Of a stretch of DNA of 64,000 nucleotides, positions 30,111 to 38,462 are shown one piece after another. The DNA is taken from the IMG/VR virus record IMGVR_UViG_3300002092_001594, positions 51,225 to 115,224 of that record; one strand, 5' to 3'. This stretch comes from a virus. The notes under the pieces are model-generated. The model was given only the letters and a program-made list of their open reading frames with translations. It searched no databases and was not told the origin of the DNA. A program made the translations under genes and the position numbers. The stretch's first letter is position 1. Every line of letters begins with the position of its first letter.

Positions 30111-30676
30111 ACTAGTTTTTTTTTTATTTTAATTCCAATATTAGTTGCAATCATAAATCTCACATCTTGTGATTTATTCTCCTGTGTTCTATGAAGGTAC
30201 CAACCTGGCATAACAACTACATCGTTTTCTTTTACCGGTACTCTTTTCCAACTCCAACTTTCATCTTGAAAAGGTACAAACTTGTAGGAGTCGTAGCTTG
30301 GATTTTTAACTTCTAATACTTCGGAATTTTCAGGTATTCTAATATAGGCACAAATAACAGCAACAACGTCCCCGTGGTTATGCTCTAATTTACTTTCACC
30401 GTAAGATGACGACCTTAACCAGGAATCTTCAATATAGTATTCATGATTGTTTGGTAGTCCCCATTTTTCGGTTATAATTTTCTTGTAGAGAGGTTCAAGA
30501 TAATCATAGTAACCTTTAAACATATCGACTTTGTGTGGTTTAAAATTTGCACCATATCTACCGTAAACATCATCGTATTCTAAATGGTATTGATGACAAA
30601 ATTCTTTTATTAAATCCCATTTAAAATCATACTCAAGCTTATAGATTTCGTTATCAAATAGTTTTACTTGTTCCAT
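30107..30676 (-). CDS. 2OG-Fe(II) oxygenase (TIGR02466-like)
   Basis: EHNH, MPGWYLHRT, R..IA.N. Confidence 0.75.
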   Translation of the reverse strand: MEQVKLFDNEIYKLEYDFKWDLIKEFCHQYHLEYDDVYGRYGANFKPHKVDMFKGYYDYLEPLYKKIITEKWGLPNNHEYYIEDSWLRSSSYGESKLEHNHGDVVAVICAYIRIPENSEVLEVKNPSYDSYKFVPFQDESWSWKRVPVKENDVVVMPGWYLHRTQENKSQDVRFMIATNIGIKIKKKLV

Positions 30677-31346
30677 CTTTTAATTGATTAAGGTTATTAC
30701 CTTTTACAAATCGCTGTGAGTAAAAGTTCTTAAAGTCTGAATGTAATACTGTTATATCTTGTGTTGTATAGACCTGCAGCCAAACTCTCCTTGGTTTATC
30801 AGATTTATTCTCTTCTGAGTAGTGTAGCGTTTCTCCATCCCAAACAATAATATCTCCTGCTTTTGAGTAAGCGGTTACATACTCTCCTGTTTTTTTATTT
30901 AGTAACCTAACAGGACCATTTTCATCTGTAAAGTCATCTAATACCCAACAACAAGTTATGCTTCGGTACCAGCCTTCAGAAGCCATTTGTGGATTAGGTC
31001 CATATCCATTATCACTATGAGGATCAAAAGTGAAATTATCGTTAGGTAGTTTAACTACTATTTGATCGTTAAATAAATAAATTTCATCAGTATCTAACAG
31101 TTCACTTGCTATGTCGTACATTAAATCAGAAGTGTAGAATTCAAACAGTTTATCGTACTCGGTACTAGCGACATCTAAGCCTGTCCAGTATTTCATAAGA
31201 CCAAACGGACGAGGCTGTCCTATTAAATTTTCATTAATAGTCCTATTCCTATAATCTAAAGTAATCTCTCTTGCTGTATCTAAAAATTCAGGAGTTAATT
31301 TATTGCTAAAAGTAATATATCCATTTTCTTCAAATTCTATATTCAT
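30654..31346 (-). CDS. PhyH-like 2OG-Fe(II) dioxygenase
   Basis: PHSD, LDDFT.ENG, AGD...W...LH.S..N.S..PRR. Confidence 0.85.
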   Translation of the reverse strand: MNIEFEENGYITFSNKLTPEFLDTAREITLDYRNRTINENLIGQPRPFGLMKYWTGLDVASTEYDKLFEFYTSDLMYDIASELLDTDEIYLFNDQIVVKLPNDNFTFDPHSDNGYGPNPQMASEGWYRSITCCWVLDDFTDENGPVRLLNKKTGEYVTAYSKAGDIIVWDGETLHYSEENKSDKPRRVWLQVYTTQDITVLHSDFKNFYSQRFVKGNNLNQLKDGTSKTI

Positions 31347-31348
31347 AC

Positions 31349-31921
31349 TTAACCTCTTTTAATTTTACATACCCAGGAAACATCAGCAAATGCTTCAAAG
31401 TTGTACGGTACTAATGAATTTCTAATTGAACATTCTTCTATATCTTCATCTTGAATTTCCAACCAATTCCATTTCTTATTATAAAACTCCTGTCCGAATA
31501 TTGTAAAATTAGAGACGTAGTCGTGTGCCATTATAACATCTCCTTCTTTTAAGAATGCTGAAAAAGTGTTAAACTCTTTCGGTTTATCTCCACCATCGCA
31601 TAGTAATAGGATTCTACCGTGGTTCTGTATTAAACTCTGTAAGTCGTACTCAAAAATATTAATATGGTTTATATCAATACCTTTACTAATTAAGTTATTA
31701 TGAGTACTATGAGGATCTTCGATATCAAACGACATCAGCTTATAGCTTAGACTGTGTTCAGCTTTAAAATCATATAAAAATTCAACAAAACCACCTACTG
31801 CAGTTCCAATCTCTACAATTAAATCAAAAGGCTCTTCTAATAGGAACTTCTCAAAGACACCCCAAGCATTAAATTGCTGCTGTGCTTTGTATTTGCCTTT
31901 ATATGTAGAATACATGTCCAT
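31349..31921 (-). CDS. CmcI/Methyltransf_24-like methyltransferase
   Basis: VEIGTAVGG, CDGG, LKEGD.IMAHD. Confidence 0.7.
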   Translation of the reverse strand: MDMYSTYKGKYKAQQQFNAWGVFEKFLLEEPFDLIVEIGTAVGGFVEFLYDFKAEHSLSYKLMSFDIEDPHSTHNNLISKGIDINHINIFEYDLQSLIQNHGRILLLCDGGDKPKEFNTFSAFLKEGDVIMAHDYVSNFTIFGQEFYNKKWNWLEIQDEDIEECSIRNSLVPYNFEAFADVSWVCKIKRG

Positions 31922-31927
31922 AAACTG

Positions 31928-31957
31928 TAATATAACCTTTTTAACAATATTATCAAA
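31928..31957 (-). promoter_or_regulatory. Bacteroidota-type promoter
   Basis: TTTG-N19-TATATTA. Confidence 0.45.
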
Positions 31958-31961
31958 CTGT

Positions 31962-33005
31962 TTATATGAGTTTTTTAGTGTTTATGTTGATTTTAGTACT
32001 ATTTTTAAAGCTATTATACTGTTCTAGGATAGTATCCCACTTCTCTTCTGAGATTACTGAGGACTGCTTTCTGTATTCTTCGGCAAATAGACTCCATGTT
32101 GAGGTATTTGACTTTATTAAGAATTTACAAAAACTTAAAGCAAATAAATCAACCATATTACATATTGTAAGCTCTTTCTCATCAGTATCGATAATATCTC
32201 CAGATAGAGTAAGGAGTTCTTTAATCTTACCTATTATAGTTTCTTTAAGAATAATATTCTTACCGTATTTTTCGACGTAATATGAAATTAAGTAAAAAGG
32301 TAAATCTGTGCTAATGTAGAACTTTTGATTTGGATTTATTTTTAAAAAATTATCAATAATATTAAAATAAACCTCATCATTGATATAAGGATACCCTTCG
32401 TGATTGTATATATAAATTTTACTCCTAAAATCAAGGTAGGATTCTTTTATGTTAGACGATTCAATGTCTATTTTATCTTTGTCGTATGCAACGCCAGAGC
32501 CTCTTCTAAGATGTATACCTATTGCATCCTTAGTAATATCTTTTAAATAGTCTTCTACTAAGTAGTTTTTTATTTTTATATGGGATAATGGACGTACTTT
32601 ATTTTGATACTCAGTCTGTAGTGTGTTTAGAAAGGTAGAAGTGAGAAGTTCGTCCCTTTCATTAAATCCGCTAAAATCAAAAGTGTAGGTCAAGTGGTTA
32701 CAGTCTGCTAATTGCTTTGCAGCATACATATGATGGCAAAAGTCTTCTCGTACTTCCTTAATGTCAGGAATATTAATAACTTTTTGATCTATGTTTTGTA
32801 CTAAGGATGTGTGAGGTAGAAAAATAAAGTCATTGCTAACTTCAGGCCATTCTGTTCGATCCATCAATATACGATGACCTTTTCCTAATGTTTCTCTTAA
32901 ATAATATGCTATCTCCCAATTCACAACCCTATTACCGAAACTTGTATCTAAATTATGCCACACGAATCGTTTGTTAATCCACATTAGCGATTTTTCAGAA
33001 TCCAT
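31962..33005 (-). CDS. GT-B fucosyltransferase-like glycosyltransferase (GT11/NodZ-like)
   Basis: FGNR, GIHLRRG, FYISTD, DLFALS.C...S..STWS. Confidence 0.75.
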   Translation of the reverse strand: MDSEKSLMWINKRFVWHNLDTSFGNRVVNWEIAYYLRETLGKGHRILMDRTEWPEVSNDFIFLPHTSLVQNIDQKVINIPDIKEVREDFCHHMYAAKQLADCNHLTYTFDFSGFNERDELLTSTFLNTLQTEYQNKVRPLSHIKIKNYLVEDYLKDITKDAIGIHLRRGSGVAYDKDKIDIESSNIKESYLDFRSKIYIYNHEGYPYINDEVYFNIIDNFLKINPNQKFYISTDLPFYLISYYVEKYGKNIILKETIIGKIKELLTLSGDIIDTDEKELTICNMVDLFALSFCKFLIKSNTSTWSLFAEEYRKQSSVISEEKWDTILEQYNSFKNSTKININTKKLI

Positions 33006-33160
33006 TAGCTTTGTGATGCCTTTAGTAACGTAATAAATTTGCTTATGATATTGTTTGATTGTGCCTTGTGCTTATCACTTAAAGGCTTCATTACTCTTTC
33101 TAAAGTAATTGCTTGATCTACCTTTTTATATACTATCTTATTTAATGTAGTCTCTGACAT
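33005..33160 (-). CDS. 51-aa hypothetical protein (not in ORF track)
   Basis: MSETTLNKIVYKKVDQAITLERVMKPLSDKHKAQSNNIISKFITLLKASQS; fills the gap exactly, TAATG-coupled to the next gene. Confidence 0.65.
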   Translation of the reverse strand: MSETTLNKIVYKKVDQAITLERVMKPLSDKHKAQSNNIISKFITLLKASQS

Positions 33161-33167
33161 GTTATTA

Positions 33168-35018
33168 TTATTTATTGTGAACTAAAAGTCCGTTTGCAAA
33201 GAAGTTATGATTATCTGCTACCGTAAAGATATACATTGTAGTTGGATTTGTATGTAATAAGATGCTGCTAAATTCTGAAATTTCTACAATACTTGTTGCT
33301 TGTCCGGTTCTTGTATATAATGAATTACCTACTTCTAGTTTATTACCTTCTGTAGTTGAGCCGTCACGTGATGCTAATGTAAGGTCTGCTTTATAGTATG
33401 GATGGTCTAAAGTTGAAGTAATTGATTTACTGTCTGCAGTATAGAGATTAATAATATTATCTTTAGTAGTTTGAACAGGATTAGAAACTGCTTTAGGTTC
33501 AACTTCTCTAGTTGTTTCATTAAATGAAGCTACTACATCTCCTTCAACAATATCTTCAATGTTTTTAAAAGAACCATCAGCCATTTCAATTTGAGTTCCT
33601 GCTGCAAAGCAATTATGAGCTATTGTAAAGAAAGTACTCATACTAAATCCGTGAATATTCTTAGTTGCTAATATAAAGTTATCTTCTTCCTCAAGGTTTA
33701 ATGCATAAACAGTTTGAGGCTCTTCAAAAATTACTAATTCAATTGAATTTACAGTAACTAGAGTACCATTACTTGAAAGAATTGAGTCTCCGGTCTTAAT
33801 ATCTAAAACTCTTCGGTATTTTATAGTATTTGTTTCTTTATTATATACTAATAATCTCGTCTCACCTCCTATTACTATCTCTTCACCATCTCCAAAATTT
33901 ATAGAGGTCATTTCGTTAGTATAAGTTAAGCCGCTATAGATATCAACTAAAGTTGAAATAGTTTCATGTGATCCTTCTGGTAATACGTTACCGCTTATTA
34001 ACCAGTCTCTAATAATAGCCTCGTCATCTGTGTTTGGAGCACTTTCTATAGAGTAAGACTTAAATTTATCGCCTATCTTTACGTCTTTAATTTGAATAGT
34101 GTTACCTTCTTCGTCTAAAATTTCAGTATCTCCAATAAACCCATGTCTAATATTTTTAACATGGTTTGTTGCAAACTCATAATAATGTTTATTAGATACT
34201 TTATTAACTAATGATTTATCGTCGAATCCAACTTCAGTCGGCAAATCAAGAACGGCTAAAATTTCATAGTCAGCAACAGTACATAAATCTAGATTAGGTC
34301 CGTATACGATTTGAAATGAACGAACTGAACTAACCTTATTATTATTACTTTCAACTGCAGCTGGTGAGTAGTGGTATTGTTGTAATACTAAATTGTGATC
34401 ATTTATTTCTTCTAAGAAAGAATTAAGTCTATTCTGTATTGGTAGTTCGGATTGGCCTATTTTATAAAAGCCGTGTGATTTATGTTCTTCAATTGTTGAC
34501 TTTACAATAACATCCGGAATATTACCTTGATTTAATAAGTCAATATCAAGTGTATTGTAGTCTCCATTCAAGTTAGATGAATGGTAAAAATTAACAGTAG
34601 ATTGAGAATCGCCTGCATCAGCAAATAACTTTAATAAGTTTAATGTGCCTTTAGCGTATTCAGAATCCAATATTGATGTCTCATCGTACGCCATTCTTAA
34701 AACAAAGGTACTACCGTTATCGTCGATTGCTGGAGGAAAGATACTATCTTCAGGAGTCAAGATTGGATTTAGTGTAATAGAAGGAGCGCTTTTCTCTAGG
34801 GATTCTCTTAGTGATTCAATAATAGGGTACTGAATACTATGCTTATACACCACGGTCAATTCCGTAATTGCATTATTGTTTAATACGTTAAAAAATTCAG
34901 ACCAATCGAATACAGATTTTTGAGATTCAATAATACCAGTATCAGTATTTATCTCAATTAAGCGCAAATCGTCGTTTTGGTCTCTAACAAAATCAGCCGA
35001 AAAAAAAGTTCCTTTCAT
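33168..35018 (-). CDS. Circularly permuted ATP-grasp-like domain fused to two tandem Hint (intein-like) domains
   Basis: N-terminal ADF..D....LIEINT then VIVK, VLQQY, SVR; Hint1 GFIGDTEI...IAHN; Hint2 CFAAGTQI...TLDHP...LVHNK. Confidence 0.75.
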   Translation of the reverse strand: MKGTFFSADFVRDQNDDLRLIEINTDTGIIESQKSVFDWSEFFNVLNNNAITELTVVYKHSIQYPIIESLRESLEKSAPSITLNPILTPEDSIFPPAIDDNGSTFVLRMAYDETSILDSEYAKGTLNLLKLFADAGDSQSTVNFYHSSNLNGDYNTLDIDLLNQGNIPDVIVKSTIEEHKSHGFYKIGQSELPIQNRLNSFLEEINDHNLVLQQYHYSPAAVESNNNKVSSVRSFQIVYGPNLDLCTVADYEILAVLDLPTEVGFDDKSLVNKVSNKHYYEFATNHVKNIRHGFIGDTEILDEEGNTIQIKDVKIGDKFKSYSIESAPNTDDEAIIRDWLISGNVLPEGSHETISTLVDIYSGLTYTNEMTSINFGDGEEIVIGGETRLLVYNKETNTIKYRRVLDIKTGDSILSSNGTLVTVNSIELVIFEEPQTVYALNLEEEDNFILATKNIHGFSMSTFFTIAHNCFAAGTQIEMADGSFKNIEDIVEGDVVASFNETTREVEPKAVSNPVQTTKDNIINLYTADSKSITSTLDHPYYKADLTLASRDGSTTEGNKLEVGNSLYTRTGQATSIVEISEFSSILLHTNPTTMYIFTVADNHNFFANGLLVHNK

Positions 35019-35028
35019 AAAATTACCA

Positions 35029-35050
35029 GTTTTATATAAATATCTACTAA
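35029..35050 (-). repeat. 22-bp element copy 2 (putative late promoter)
   Basis: Identical to 26842-26863. Confidence 0.85.
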
Positions 35051-35085
35051 ATTCAGATATTCAAGTCAATTATGTATATATATGT

Positions 35086-36159
35086 CTATACGATCTTCTT
35101 TGTTATATCTACTACGTCGTGTAAATTGTGATATACCTGCGGCTCAATCCATATCTTCTTAGCTTCTTCAATAAAATCACTGTATTCAGGATGTATTGGA
35201 TCCCAGACTTTAACGAATTCGTATTGATTACAGTTAAATGTTCCCCAGTTATTAATTTTAATGAATAAAACAGATGCTTTTTTACCGAATATTCCTTTAA
35301 TTAAGTCAGCAAACATCCTCATTTCTTTATAATTAGCTTGTTGAACTACAAATGACGTTCTTACCTCTTCTAAACTCGGAATTGTACTAATAAATTTAAG
35401 GTTTTTGATTAAATTATCCCAATTACCGTTTAATCTAGTTTTATTTTCATAGGTTTCTTTAGTTGCAGCGTCAATACTGATCTCACAGGTCTTTACATAC
35501 TTGTGAATATTCGGCATAGTGTTCCACATCTTCTCGTTCCACATAGATGCATTAGTATGCAAGTGAATACTCTTAAGTTTTGGGTATTCATCCTTGTTAA
35601 AGTTTTGTAAGAAAGCTCTGAATGTGTTAGAAACGAAGGGATCTCCAGATGCAGTGAAGTATAGTGTCTTAGCATCCTTTGAAAACAGTCTTTTCATCTC
35701 TGTCATAGTGTCTTCTATCTCTATTAAATTTTCTGGAGTAGCTTTATAGGTCTCTTTTCTACAAGAAGGACATTTATAATTACAGCTCTTGTCGAAATTA
35801 TGTTCTATTTTTTCAGGACCTACTTCCATATAAGGGTCTTGATTAATAAACTTCTCTTTAAACTTATTTGGTAGGTCGTCCTTGTGGTAAATTGGGCCTT
35901 TAGGATCTACTTCATTAAACTTCAATAGATATGATAGGTATGGACATTGAGTAGCATCACAATGTCTGTATGACCCATCCATTACCGATCTTCTTGACTC
36001 TAAAGAATCTTCTGAGTTCCAAATCTCACTTAAAGGTTGGTTTTCAGGATTTCTTTTAATTAGCCACTCAGGAATACAGAGGAAATATTGATTTTCTTCA
36101 TGTATGTGTAGAAATCTAAAAGGTGCTGTACACACATAGTTTTTTAAATCAACTTTCAT
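35086..36159 (-). CDS. Radical SAM protein with N-terminal SPASM/twitch-like Cys domain
   Basis: CTAPF..C...CD..QCP; CNYKCPSC; SGDPF; LHTNA; ISIDA. Confidence 0.85.
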   Translation of the reverse strand: MKVDLKNYVCTAPFRFLHIHEENQYFLCIPEWLIKRNPENQPLSEIWNSEDSLESRRSVMDGSYRHCDATQCPYLSYLLKFNEVDPKGPIYHKDDLPNKFKEKFINQDPYMEVGPEKIEHNFDKSCNYKCPSCRKETYKATPENLIEIEDTMTEMKRLFSKDAKTLYFTASGDPFVSNTFRAFLQNFNKDEYPKLKSIHLHTNASMWNEKMWNTMPNIHKYVKTCEISIDAATKETYENKTRLNGNWDNLIKNLKFISTIPSLEEVRTSFVVQQANYKEMRMFADLIKGIFGKKASVLFIKINNWGTFNCNQYEFVKVWDPIHPEYSDFIEEAKKIWIEPQVYHNLHDVVDITKKIV

Positions 36160-37233
36160 TTATATAATCTCCTTTTTTATTTCAATAAATTCGTACATGT
36201 TATGAAACACTTGTGTATCTCTCCAAACTTTATTAAACTCTTTTTTAAAAAGATCGTGTTCAGGATGATTAACATCCCATACTTTCTTAAGTTTAAATTC
36301 TCCTTCGGTAAAAGTATCCCAGTTGTTTATCTTACCAAAAAACACATGAACTTTTTTGCCAAAGATTGATTTCATTAGCTTCAAAAATATTTCCATTTCA
36401 CCATAATTACTATCTTGCACTACAAAAGAAGTCTTAATATACTTTAATACAGGTATCTTTGCTATGAAACGTAAGTTATCAATTAAGTTATCCCAATTAC
36501 CTCCTAAACGTGTCTTATTTTCATAAGTGTCTCTGGTACCTGCATCTATACTTATCTCACAGCTCTTAACATACGGCCAAACATTTTTCATGCTATCCCA
36601 CATCTTTTCGTTCCACATTGACGCATTAGTGTGTAAGTGTATGTTCTTTAACTTTGGATACTTCTTAGGGTCAAACGTTCGTAAAAAATCTCTAAAGCCA
36701 ACTGATACGAATGGATCACCACTTCCAGTAATAAACATTGTGGATAAATTCTTTGCGAACTTAGTTTCTATTTCTAAAAGGGTAGCTTTTACTCTTTCAA
36801 TACCTTTTGAGTTTTCAACAATTAAGTCAACTCGACATGATGGACATTTATAATTACAAGTTCTATCAAATGCAAATTGGATAACAGAAGGACCAACATT
36901 CATCTCTCCAGTTTCGATATTATAGTTATCGGTTATATAGCTTGGTGTATCCTTTCTTTCAACTATTGGATTTACATTATTTAATTTCTTATCGTTTATT
37001 AATTCTGATAAAAAAGGACATTGCTTTTTATCACAATACTTGTAAGAGCCATCGTGAATTGATTTTCTTATTTCTTTAGCTTCCTCAGAATTCCAAACTT
37101 CATCTAATGGCTTTTTCATATCTGGAGATATGTTGTTGGGTAACCAGGTGGGACAACACATGAAGATAGCCTGATTGTGAATTTCAATATTTACAAACGG
37201 AGCTGTGCATATGTAATTTTTTAAATCTCTCAT
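36160..37233 (-). CDS. Radical SAM protein, tandem paralog of the neighbour
   Basis: Same motifs, same length (357 aa). Confidence 0.85.
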   Translation of the reverse strand: MRDLKNYICTAPFVNIEIHNQAIFMCCPTWLPNNISPDMKKPLDEVWNSEEAKEIRKSIHDGSYKYCDKKQCPFLSELINDKKLNNVNPIVERKDTPSYITDNYNIETGEMNVGPSVIQFAFDRTCNYKCPSCRVDLIVENSKGIERVKATLLEIETKFAKNLSTMFITGSGDPFVSVGFRDFLRTFDPKKYPKLKNIHLHTNASMWNEKMWDSMKNVWPYVKSCEISIDAGTRDTYENKTRLGGNWDNLIDNLRFIAKIPVLKYIKTSFVVQDSNYGEMEIFLKLMKSIFGKKVHVFFGKINNWDTFTEGEFKLKKVWDVNHPEHDLFKKEFNKVWRDTQVFHNMYEFIEIKKEII

Positions 37234-37812
37234 TTATATTAATTTATTTTTTTTAAGTACATATCCATTTGGTGCTATATTTGATTTGAATGTCTCTAAT
37301 TGTGTAAAAATATTTTGTTCACTACTTTTCATTCTTATCTTTTTCCCATTTATAATAGATAACTCATAATCGTAAGGAAATTTTATTTTCCTATTATTAA
37401 AATAGTCTAGTAACTTAATAGCGCCTTGATAAGATATAAAATATGAATAACAGCTACCCTCTACTCCTAAGTTATAAAGGTCAAACTCTCTAAAGTCCAC
37501 ACTCCTCCAATCAAAACTATTAACCATATCGATATCATCCTCTATTATTAGTATATTACTTCTAGATTCAGCTGATAATTTAATTAATGACAGATGTGAT
37601 AGAAATGTTGCCATAGTTGCTTTTTGGCTAAAGTCCCATTCGATCAAAAAATCATCAACAAAATATTTTTTTTCTAATTCTACTGTAACATCCTTTGGTT
37701 CTACTGCATTAAAAAAATCAAACTCTAATCCGATTCTATCTTTTATAGATTTCATCCATATTCTTCTATCCTTATCTAATTCTAAGGAAATGCAGTAGGT
37801 TTTGAATTCCAT
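37234..37812 (-). CDS. Glycosyltransferase family 25
   Basis: YCISL..RR, FF.AV, LSH, LIIEDD, Y.IS..GA.KL. Confidence 0.8.
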   Translation of the reverse strand: MEFKTYCISLELDKDRRIWMKSIKDRIGLEFDFFNAVEPKDVTVELEKKYFVDDFLIEWDFSQKATMATFLSHLSLIKLSAESRSNILIIEDDIDMVNSFDWRSVDFREFDLYNLGVEGSCYSYFISYQGAIKLLDYFNNRKIKFPYDYELSIINGKKIRMKSSEQNIFTQLETFKSNIAPNGYVLKKNKLI

Positions 37813-38457
37813 TTAAATATACTTATTATCTTTCACCTTAAAGCTATTGTGAATATATAATGCGTCGTTATTGCTACTGAATAGTTTAGTGTATCCATAC
37901 CCATATAACAAGTTATCGAAGTCTTCATACGAAGTGCCTGACTCATAGAAAATATCAAATGCGCAGATTTCTGACCAAATGCATGCTGGTCTGTAGTTGC
38001 CTAGTTTACTCAATATCTTATATTCTGCGCCTTCAGCATCAATATGTATGAAGTCTGGTGAGACATTATTTTCATCGCAGAATTTATTTAGAATTATGCT
38101 TTGAACAAAGTAGGGTTTTCCGTACGTCAAATTAAAATACTCAGTTGGAATTGGTTTTAATGTGCTACTAGATATGTTCCAATTTTTTTGACCATTGAGT
38201 GTATCGGATGGATAAAATATTATTTCACCTTCAGTATCAGATAGTGCATAATGAAAGTAATTTATTCCATGGTCAGCTGCTGTTATGCTATTACTTTCTT
38301 TAAATTTTTCATTACATTCGAATGCATAAAATTCTGCGTTTGGTAAATGATTTTTAAAGTCAATTGTATCACCTAAGTCGGAACATCCAATGTTGAAAAA
38401 ATTTATTTTCTTATTGTAAAAATTATTTACCAAAAAATCTGTACTTAAATCGCTCAT
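37813..38457 (-). CDS. FkbM-family methyltransferase
   Basis: NIGC, AFEC, ALSD, IHIDAEGAE. Confidence 0.85.
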   Translation of the reverse strand: MSDLSTDFLVNNFYNKKINFFNIGCSDLGDTIDFKNHLPNAEFYAFECNEKFKESNSITAADHGINYFHYALSDTEGEIIFYPSDTLNGQKNWNISSSTLKPIPTEYFNLTYGKPYFVQSIILNKFCDENNVSPDFIHIDAEGAEYKILSKLGNYRPACIWSEICAFDIFYESGTSYEDFDNLLYGYGYTKLFSSNNDALYIHNSFKVKDNKYI

Positions 38458-38462
38458 AATTT

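Noticed and set aside
33168-34142. Canonical splicing inteins or mobile homing inteins
   Set aside because: No endonuclease domain; Hint1 lacks Cys1 and TxxH; Hint2 has Lys at +1 followed by a stop, so there is no C-extein
33005-37233. Classical RiPP cluster (ATP-grasp + SPASM radical SAM + small ORF)
   Set aside because: No recognisable leader/core, RRE, protease or transporter; kept only as separate observations
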